A stretch of 64,000 nucleotides of DNA from an uncultured archaeon. Lineage in GTDB: Archaea > Thermoproteota > Bathyarchaeia > Bathyarchaeales > Bathycorpusculaceae. Both the position numbers and the translations under genes were made by a program. How positions within the stretch are numbered: the first letter of the stretch is position 1; each line of letters starts with the position of its first letter. The stretch covers positions 32,001 to 96,000 of the forward strand of contig CAWENF010000003.1 of NCBI GenBank assembly GCA_963810275.1, written 5' to 3'. Below, in pieces: positions 43,051 through 50,773 of this stretch. The notes beneath the pieces were generated by a model. That model ran no database searches. It had not been told where the DNA came from and worked only from the letters and a program-made list of their open reading frames with translations.

Positions 43051-43170
43051 ATAGTTTTAGGTTTATTCAATTCAAATAAAAGCGTTCTTGTCCAGACTTC
43101 TTGACCAAGCCCTGTCAACGTTTCTTGACCAGAAAATAGAGGGTATACACACTATCACTGGAAAAGGTGG

Positions 43171-43315
43171 TTATGGATTTTTCCTTTTCCCACCATTTTC
43201 ATATTCACAGAAGCATTTGAATTCTTCTGGACTTCTGATTATCCCTCTATCCATTAAATTTTGGTAATCTTCAAAGTCATAAATGAAACCACATCTTCTT
43301 ACATCTTAGAAGCAT
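43171..43315 (-). CDS. Small Cys-containing zinc-finger-like protein (one frameshift)
   Basis: MLLRC/RCGFIYDFEDYQNLMDRGIIRSPEEFKCFCEYENGGKRKNP*; stop is 2 nt before a boundary site. Confidence 0.4.
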
Positions 43316-43358
43316 CTTAATTCTTACCACTGGCAACACCTAATAGAGAAAGAAATTA

Positions 43359-44775
43359 TCAGTTAGAGAATGGGTTAACTGAGAAGCTAACCCCATCTCC
43401 ATCGCTTGAAAGTTCCGACTGCTTAGTTTCCTTATGCGTTATCGGATAATACTTGAGTGCTACACCATCCTTCTCCTCTTTAAGCAATCCAGCACAAGCG
43501 AAATTCTTAAGCATACCACGTAAACGCTTGTCTGAACATCGTCTCTGCTTCTCATAAGAGTATATGTTATGTATTTCTTGAATCCTAAGCCCCGTACCTA
43601 AGTAGATTTCATTTTCGTTGAATGCTTTCTCGATTATTTTCCAGACTGCATATTCTTCAGGTGTCAAGCCTAAGCTGTTGCATTTTAGGATTGGTTCATA
43701 GACCTTTTTGGCATTTTCAATGTCAGATGAGTTAGCATAAATACATGAGTTGTCAGGTGTTCGGTCTCTATGTTGGAAGTTTAGTAAAGCCCAAGCTTCG
43801 GCAAGAGCATATAATCTAGGGAAATCACGTTGAGCTTTAGGTGCCAAGTTATCGATGTTTTTGAAGAACCAATCTTTCAAGTTCTCCATATCTTCAGCTT
43901 TAAACAGCACCTTCTTGATGTTTGCTTCCTTAATACGTTGTACCCGTTGCTTTAAGCCAACTCTTGAGGGTTCAGTTCTCATACCATTCGTTAAACTTGA
44001 GGTCAGTCATTTTTCTAGCTTGTAACTCAATGCCTTTTTTGATTTTGTCAGGATTATCACTTGGACTTAACAGATAGTTTCGGCTAACCTCTTGCTCATC
44101 CATTTCGCCAAATGCTGATGCAAACAGGGCAGTAAAGTATCCTTTAATCAGGACTTTTTTGGTTCGGTGGCTTCCATTCCCTGCCTTGTCTGTAACCAAG
44201 TAAGTGGATATCCTGTTTCCTGAGTTGTCATGACTTAACAGGCTTCTTATGTTCTTTAGCAGTTCATAGTTTGGCAAATCGTAGAAGACCACTATCTTCT
44301 TTGATAAATCAATGAAGTATGCTGTATGGCGTTTAAGGTCATTCCATTCTTCCCAAACTTCTTTTGGGTCGCCTTTCTTTGCACATTTGCTCATATCTAT
44401 TGGCTGTAGATTGCGGTCATCAACTGGAATAGCATTTGAACTGTAGATTAAGGCTCTAGGCGTTGAATCATTAATACCCACGATTGTATCAGAGTTAGGA
44501 TGTCGGAAGTACCATAAGCTTTCTGTTATGTTGAGGGTTTTGCCTACTGATGATTCTCCTGTTAAGACAACGTTTCTTTGTTCCTCTTCGGTGAATGTCA
44601 AGACGTTGACTAGGAATAGGGGTATCTTGACGTTTTCATCTTCATAGACTGTGGTGGATAATGCTCTGTTTAATTCGTCAAAGCCAATTTCATTGTTGAG
44701 GTATTGGTCGATTAGCTGTTGTCTTTCTCGAGTCTGGGCGTCATTATCAGTTGGATTCATCGTTTGCATCTCCAT
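43359..44775 (-). CDS. Rep-like P-loop ATPase/helicase (MCM-related AAA+) with C-terminal wHTH; frameshift at ~43975 splits it
   Basis: Walker A TGESSVGKT, DEQEVSR arginine-finger region, 'QRDFPRL..L..AWALLN..HR', C-terminal HTH; the two ORFs overlap by 11 nt. Confidence 0.65.
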
Positions 44776-44956
44776 TTTTTATGCAGTCTAACAACATTTG
44801 CTTATACTCACTGTACTGCTCCATCTGCGTTAACACGTCAACGTGGTAACACAAAGGGGAACAGTATTTTTGTGCAGGGCTAGCGGAAACAAAATTCATA
44901 CCGCAATTCCTGCATTCTTTTTTGGATTTAATTTTTTGCTTGCTCAATTTTATCAC
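44747..44956 (-). CDS. Small zinc-finger protein
   Basis: CRNCG..F......QKYCSPLC. Confidence 0.65.
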   Translation of the reverse strand: MIKLSKQKIKSKKECRNCGMNFVSASPAQKYCSPLCYHVDVLTQMEQYSEYKQMLLDCIKNGDANDESN

Positions 44957-45029
44957 AAAATATATATCCTCAAGGAAGTATAGATGGTATAAAGTTTATA
45001 CTTAGTATCAACATGTGTATCTTAGAGGC

Positions 45030-46001
45030 AATGGAATGGATTAGACCAAAAGGAGAGAAGTCAAGACTATCAAGGAATTGAACGTCAATATTGCAGAGAA
45101 GACATTCTAATAACATTACTTGATGGCGATTTTGGATTCAATGAACTTGTCAGAAGATTTGAACATTCAACTGAAAAAATCAAGCAAGGAAAAAGAACCT
45201 ACAGCAGAGGTACAGTGTATAAATATCTTAGTGATTTAGTTGACGAAAATGAAAATTCAATATAGCGATAACAAGCTTGAATACGGAAAGTTGAGGACTG
45301 ACCTTATTCCTTAACTTCAGATGGACGAAAGGATTGACTGAAAAACTAACTTACCCCTTAGACATAATTCGCAGATGAATATGTTACACGTAAAATTCCG
45401 AGAATATATAAGTTCTAAAAAACCACCTTTGTATTTAACAGATGAAGGAAGGGAAGAAGCAAGAAAACAAGGATTATTTAATTCATTTAAAACAACTACC
45501 TTTTCCGCTTATAGAACGAGTTATTCTTAGCTACAAATACAAGGTTTTTGAAGCATCTTATTAGAATTTCAGACAAACCACCGATGAAAACATTCCGTTA
45601 TACTTCGCCTATAGGAAAAAACAAGGGAATTTAAACGAATTCCTATACTCATGGGTGAGTACATTCAAGATTCCTAAAAAAGAACTTACTAAAGCGGAAG
45701 AAAGAAGATTGCTTAAAATGAAGTTGCCACAGCAAATAAAAGAAAGACACTCGAATGGATAATTGAAAGTCATAGATGATGTACTGAGAGATTATAATAT
45801 TTTCAGATAGTGAGATTCTTGAGATGTGGTTGAGAACATGGTTTACTAATAGCTAATGATTCTGAGCCATTTAGAAGTGAAAAAACTGAGCATACTCAAG
45901 ACGAGATAGAGCAAATGAAACGCAAGATTAGAGAGCATATGATAATTAATGAGAATTTAGAAAACGGTATACTATCAAATGTTAAACATCTTTTCCCGTG
46001 A
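45030..46001 (+). pseudogene. Winged-helix transcriptional regulator, multiply frameshifted
   Basis: Fragments: EDILITLLDGDFGFNELVRR...YSRGTVYKYLSDLVDE; PYSLTSDGRK; LYLTDEGREEARK; boundaries approximate. Confidence 0.55.
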
Positions 46002-46346
46002 CAGGGTATACCCACCCTATGGTATCTTTTCCTGCGACATGGTGTACCCTCCCCCCATCAACCTCTCCAAAAATGAAGCTAATATGCTTAACATCCACAG
46101 GCATATCTGAAAAAATTAAGCTATGGCATCCCATATAATCGTAAATGCCCCTGCTAACTAGCTGAGGGGAGTGGTTTTGATATCGCTATATATGTTAAAC
46201 TTCCCTAAGGCAAATAGAGACTGAAAAGCTTACCATGCCTACATTATAAAGAGTCATGATTAGACCCTTTTCACGGGGTTGAGTGTACCTACCCTGCGAA
46301 GTTTTTTATTTATTTTCATTGTATTAAACAATATCTTGGTGGTTCA

Positions 46347-47203
46347 ATGAGTTGGTTTTCTGAGCGAAAAGGGATAACAAAAGCTAAGAACAGAAATTCA
46401 ACTTGAGTCGATTGATAATTGCTTTGCAAAACCAACTCTGGAATCAGTTGGAACTTTTCTACTGGAAAGAAAATAACAGAAAATATTATACTAAAGATGG
46501 CTATTTTAGTGAGCTAATAGAATTCCTCTGGAACGATTTCTATAAGGAACCTATTGATGAGATTCCACATAAATGGAGCGATTGTCATCGTCTAATTAGA
46601 GAACGGTTTTTTGAAAGCCAATGGTATCGCAGTATACGACTTTACTTGAAGCAGTAGTTAAACTCAAAAGCTATGATACTATGGAATTTCAAAATGCATG
46701 TAACCTTATTCTGGAAAAGGGACTATCAGCTTATCGGTTTATAGATGGAAAGATAACTGAGATAACGTCTAAGGAAGAGATTTCCGAAATTGAAGAAGCA
46801 ATAAATTCTCCAATCGCAGTTGTCCAAACTCATCTGAAAAAAGGTTTAGATTTATTTTCTGATAAGCAGTCTCCCGATTACCTTAATTCAATAAAAGAAT
46901 CAATATCGGCCGTTGAAGGTCATTATGTAAATTGATAACTAAAAAATCAAAACGCAACATTAGGTGAAGCACTCAACGCTATAGAACGCCAAACTGGTGG
47001 AACTATCTTTCATCCAGCATTAACTGGAGCATTTCATAAATTATATGGTTATACAAATGATGCAGATGGAATAAGACATGGTCTTAAAAGATGAGTAAAG
47101 TAAACTGCAGGCTTCTGAAGAGGCGAAGTTTATGTTGGTTACTTGTTCAGCTTTTGTTAACTATCTTATCGCTAAAGCATCAAAGGCAGGCATCAAATTA
47201 TAG
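46347..47203 (+). CDS. AbiJ-NTD4-like + HEPN-type defence protein, several frameshifts
   Basis: Reconstructed MSWFSERKG...LQNQLWN...AYRFIDGKI...DYLNSIKESISAVE...HPALTGAFHKLYGYTNDADGIRHGL...EAKFMLVTCSAFVNYL. Confidence 0.72.
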
Positions 47204-47284
47204 TATAGACCTTTTCACAGGGTAGGGTGTACATACCCCTAGCAATTTGATAAAATTATTAAATAAAGACTAGACATTAACCGA

Positions 47285-47851
47285 TTGATTGCAATGTGGA
47301 TAACACCGAAACATAGACATACAGACTTTCATGACCCATTAACGTTTGATGATAAAGTAACGATTTTTTATGAACAAACTCTAGGATGGCAGTTAGACAT
47401 AGCTGAGCAAGTAATCGATAACATAAACCATAGTGGATTTGGTGCTCTGTCAATTGCAGTAAGCTATTTTGAAATGATATCTAAATATCGAAGCGGTTTC
47501 TTAGGTAGGCAATCAAGGCATCATTTTAAACAAGGGGTACATATTGTCTTTCCAATACTTAGAATAGCACCGCAAGAGGTAATCGATAGCCTTCTCGACA
47601 TTTTTTATGATGGTTGTCGTTGTGGTCTATACCATAGAGGGCTTACTAACCCTCAAGTGATGCTTACGGGAGAATTAGAGACACCAATTGCTTACAATGA
47701 CTCAATTCATCAACTGATTATAAACCCTAGGAGACTGATTACTGCATTAGAGATGGATTTAGAGAATTACATTAGACTCCTACTAAATCCAACTAATGTT
47801 CAATTAAGAATTAACTTTGAACAACGTTTTGATTATGATTCTTCCCACTAA
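47285..47851 (+). CDS. HEPN-like protein (R-x4-H), putative RNase toxin
   Basis: FGALSIAVSYFEMI helix and YDGCRCGLYH motif. Confidence 0.6.
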   Translation: MIAMWITPKHRHTDFHDPLTFDDKVTIFYEQTLGWQLDIAEQVIDNINHSGFGALSIAVSYFEMISKYRSGFLGRQSRHHFKQGVHIVFPILRIAPQEVIDSLLDIFYDGCRCGLYHRGLTNPQVMLTGELETPIAYNDSIHQLIINPRRLITALEMDLENYIRLLLNPTNVQLRINFEQRFDYDSSH

Positions 47852-47887
47852 TAGGGGGTGTATACCCTCTACTATGGGAAAAGGTAG

Positions 47888-48001
47888 TTACCAATCATCA
47901 TCTAATTCTTCAGGGAATAAAGGGTCATCAAATAGAATTAAACCATCTCCTTGACTATCTTCAATTGAATTTCTTTCTAAGTTGCTTATCGGATTCTTCA
48001 T
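47888..48001 (-). CDS. 37-aa acidic peptide downstream of integrase
   Basis: MKNPISNLERNSIEDSQGDGLILFDDPLFPEELDDDW*; stop 2 nt before a boundary site. Confidence 0.4.
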   Translation of the reverse strand: MKNPISNLERNSIEDSQGDGLILFDDPLFPEELDDDW

Positions 48002-48136
48002 TATATGTGCTAGTTGATTGTCCAGCCGTTGACTAAGACTATGAAAGAATTTAATGCCAATCAATATGATGAGAGACTAAAAAGCCTAAGAGAAAAAAGA
48101 ATATGATGAAGGATAAAAAGTCAAACATCCAATCAC

Positions 48137-49057
48137 CTAACAGATAGGTTTTGGCTTGTTTAGGCAATATCCCCACTCAGTTTTTGTTACTAAGCTATAG
48201 CCGTCAGCAAGATATCTGGTTAGTTCTTCTTTGCTGTCTGCATAAACGACATTGTATTCGTTAGCTTTGACCCATGATTTCACAATATGGATATATCTCA
48301 ATGTGTTTGTAATGTTGCAATGCCTAGCAAATCTTTGTGTATCCACAATGTCTTTGGTTTTGAAGTACTGCCATGAAATCGCAAAATGTCTAAAGGTATG
48401 GAAGTGAATTCTTAGAAAATCCTGATTACCTGTTTCTTTGGCTAATCGTTTCTTATAATCACGGATGTTATCGTTTAGTGCTTCAGAAGTGAGTACTTCG
48501 GCAAAGATTCTTTGACCTTTCTTTGGAATTTGTAGAAGCATCGCAAATAATTCATCACTTATGTGATAAGTCAGAGTTCTATGACCTTTATTTCCAACAA
48601 TCATTATAGTTTTATTTTGAGCGTTGAAGTCTTTCCAAGTTAATCGCCAAACTTCACCTGCACTTGCACCAGTTTCAACAGCAACCTTGATTCTTGTTCT
48701 ACAATTCAAGTTACGAACACGATAAAGAAATTGCTTAACCATTTCAGGACTTGGAACATACATCTCTTCGTTATCATATGCTTTGAAGGGTGGTTTCTCG
48801 AAAGGAATACTTAGATACTCAGCATATTGTTCAACAACATCCAAAGCGTTCTCCTTTGTACCATCTTTCCATGCTTTTGACAGAACTTGATTAGCCATCT
48901 CTTGAGGAGAACCACTAAGTTGCTTGAGATAACGCATTTTTCGCTCTATAGTGCTTTCTCTATTCCCTTTCTTGTTCAGTAACCAAACTGCAAAAGATAC
49001 TGTTTGATTCACTAACGGGGGTTCTAGAGTGGTGGCGGGGGTGGGACTTGAACCCAC
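48137..49057 (-). CDS. Tyrosine recombinase/integrase, catalytic fragment int(C)
   Basis: ETGASAGE (Arg-I position is Ser), KG, HTFRH, RH..ITNTLRY; frame begins inside the att/tRNA 3' end. Confidence 0.9.
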   Translation of the reverse strand: MGSSPTPATTLEPPLVNQTVSFAVWLLNKKGNRESTIERKMRYLKQLSGSPQEMANQVLSKAWKDGTKENALDVVEQYAEYLSIPFEKPPFKAYDNEEMYVPSPEMVKQFLYRVRNLNCRTRIKVAVETGASAGEVWRLTWKDFNAQNKTIMIVGNKGHRTLTYHISDELFAMLLQIPKKGQRIFAEVLTSEALNDNIRDYKKRLAKETGNQDFLRIHFHTFRHFAISWQYFKTKDIVDTQRFARHCNITNTLRYIHIVKSWVKANEYNVVYADSKEELTRYLADGYSLVTKTEWGYCLNKPKPIC

Positions 49058-49060
49058 GAA
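49029..49060 (-). repeat. att site overlapping tRNA-Leu T-arm/acceptor/CCA
   Basis: 32-bp identity with 40668-40699. Confidence 0.95.
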
Positions 49061-49223
49061 GGCCTGCGCCAGAGGATCTTAAGTCCTCCTCCATATCTTA
49101 GGGGCAAATTGTTTTTATCTGGGATGAAGGCCTGCGCCAGAGGATCTTAAGTCCTCCTCCATATCTTAGGGGCAAATTGTTTTTATCTGGCCGCCTATTT
49201 AGACCTGGCTCGGATACCCCGCC
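49030..49223 (-). tRNA. tRNA-Leu(TAA), CCA-encoded, non-canonical intron at position 22/23 plus an internal 65-bp duplication
   Basis: Acceptor GGCGGGG/CCCCGCC, anticodon arm GAGGA-CTTAAGA-TCCTC, long variable arm, GTGGG-TTCAAGT-CCCAC; relaxed BHB GTCT/AGAT + AAA bulge + TAGG/CCTA; exons 49199-49223 and 49030-49092. Confidence 0.88.
49058..49190. repeat. Perfect tandem duplication, 65 bp x2 with 3-bp spacer
   Basis: 49058-49122 = 49126-49190. Confidence 0.95.
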
Positions 49224-49254
49224 ACCAGCAACCCAATAGAGTCAACAATGGACT

Positions 49255-49268
49255 GTTTAAGTTTTTTG
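49255..49268 (-). promoter_or_regulatory. BRE/TATA-like promoter of tRNA-Leu
   Basis: CAAAAAACTTAAAC about 35 nt upstream of the tRNA 5' end. Confidence 0.5.
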
Positions 49269-49381
49269 CATCGAACACCAGCCAACTTGAGAAGGACAAC
49301 GTGATGCGCCAGAAAAGTGGGAGAACAAGTCAGCCAAACAAAAGCCTCGCGCAGAGGTCAAGTTTAACGACTTAAAGGAAT

Positions 49382-49603
49382 TTACATTTGGACGGTCTTT
49401 AGTCGCTCGATTTCTTTGTCTAAGTGCTCAACAGCGGCTAGCAGCCTCTTCTTTTTGCGCTCCATCAGCTCAACCAGTTCTTCTTTTGTGGGGGACGCAT
49501 CATCGCCATCTTCATACCCATGCCGCCGCCCATCCAGGGCATGTGGTGTGACATGTCATGAGCCGCCCCAAGGACCTTGGGCGCCCATTTTTTGCCAATC
49601 CAT
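49382..49603 (-). CDS. Small Met/His/Gly-rich coiled-coil protein (DUF5320-like), two compensating indels
   Basis: MDWQKMGAQGPWG/HDMSHHMPWMGGGMGMKMAMMRP/TKEELVELMERKKKRLLAAVEHLDKEIERLK. Confidence 0.5.
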
Positions 49604-50355
49604 AAAATTTCACCCCAGCCAAAAATCGTATAAAAGCGTTCATGTTCACTGCGGGTTCCGTTAACTTATCCTTATGTGACTACCCAAGGGAGTATACAGT
49701 GCTTTTTGTTGTTCCCTGTTACCAACACATGATTATATTTGATCATTGGGAGTATTGTATTGCCGGTTGAGGAACACGCTTCACGGCATCATACGGGGAC
49801 TGATCTTCCGCAAACAAGTAAAGACCTGATCTGCGATGACTTCAAAGAAAAAGCTTTAAAATGAGCGAGAAGGCAGCCGATGAGTGTCAGTGGGGTTTAG
49901 ACTCAACCCGGCAACCCTCCCTTCTTTTTGCAAAATTTTTTCGGCTTGAAGCTGTTCTTTGCAGCTCAAATAATATTGGGCATCGTTGTGAAAAGTTGTC
50001 TTGTTCTATGATATATTGTAATGCCTGTAATTTTTTAATTTTAATAGTGTCTTAAGCGCGTATTTATCTTCTATATTTACCGACCTATACTCGGTTGTCA
50101 ATTGATGCATATTTTCTAAGCGGACCTATCAAGCCGCCACAATTACAGTAAAATGGTTTAATGCCGCATTTAAAAGAAAAACTTATTATCACACTTAAAT
50201 ATACGAAAGAAAGGCTGCAACCCCAAAACGGAGATTATAGCTTTTGACGCAATCTTTTGGTGCCGTTAAAAACGTCACGCCCAATAAGACAAAAAGTAAA
50301 ATGTCATCGCTCACCCGTCAGCAACCATAAAAACACCCAAAACCAAAACAATAGT

Positions 50356-50730
50356 ATGCCAAAAATACATTACACCCAACACAAAGTGAACGAAGTTTTA
50401 GAAAACCTAAACCCACAACAGCTGCAAACAGTTGAGAATCTACGGCAACTCATAAAAAACGCCTTGCCCGCAGCTGAGGAAACAGTACGACAAGGCAGAA
50501 TTACGTTTAGAACCCATGACAGAGACCTCGTCTGGTTTACAGTCACCAAAAGCCATGTGGATGTGGAGTTCGCCAGGGGCTCAAGCCTCAGCTCACCGCT
50601 TCTAAAAACAAGAGGCACCGCAGAGGAAAACCCGAATATACGCCATATCGAAGTAAACAACTTCACCGAAGTAAATTATGAACTTGATAGGCTTGTTCGA
50701 AAAGCGGAATCCGTGAGTTTTGAGCATTAA
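50356..50730 (+). CDS. DUF1801 (YdhG-like) protein
   Basis: LRQLIKNALPAAEETVRQG, HVDVEFARG..L, RHIEV; ATG at 50356 preferred. Confidence 0.75.
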   Translation: MPKIHYTQHKVNEVLENLNPQQLQTVENLRQLIKNALPAAEETVRQGRITFRTHDRDLVWFTVTKSHVDVEFARGSSLSSPLLKTRGTAEENPNIRHIEVNNFTEVNYELDRLVRKAESVSFEH

Positions 50731-50773
50731 CCAAAAACCTAAGTTACTCGCTTCTTCAACCAACAACTAAGCC

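Larger units (their letters stand above)
41980..43129 (-). promoter_or_regulatory. Three copies of an operator-like motif TTCTTGACYAAG-N4-5-GTCA-N2-3-TTTCTTGAC upstream of left-arm cargo genes
   Basis: 41980-42012, 42348-42379, 43098-43129; two are followed on the minus strand by ACAAGAAYGCTTTTATT (BRE/TATA-like). Confidence 0.7.
41105..47885. repeat. Nine dispersed ~33-bp boundary sites, consensus AYCTTTTCMY-N6-8-GGGTRTAC-N0-3-CCCCTAT
   Basis: Copies at 41105(+), 41279(-), 42383(-), 43136(-), 45988(+), 46024(+), 46264(+), 47209(+), 47851(-); no full copy noticed outside the element. Confidence 0.85.
40668..49060. mobile_element. ~8.4-kb tRNA-Leu-integrated element (integrative plasmid/cryptic provirus-like) with split tyrosine integrase
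   Basis: Identical 32-bp direct repeats at both ends, integrase, Rep-like ATPase, visibly AT-richer than flanks. Confidence 0.92.

Noticed and set aside
41105-47885. CRISPR array interpretation of the ~33-bp repeats
   Set aside because: Copies are degenerate, in both orientations, separated by 3 bp to 2.8 kb with whole genes in between; no cas genes
41105-49057. Classical integron (IntI/attC)
   Set aside because: Sites lack RYYYAAC...GTTRRRY ends and long hairpins; integrase shows no evident IntI-specific insertion and is att-split at a tRNA
49058-49190. Second tRNA gene or mini-CRISPR from the 65-bp duplication
   Set aside because: The extra copy lacks acceptor and T arms; it is an internal duplication of one tRNA gene
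49660-50250. Possible ncRNA or C/D-box RNA in the long intergenic region
   Set aside because: Only scattered CTGA/GATGA words and no properly spaced C/D boxes with a terminal stem
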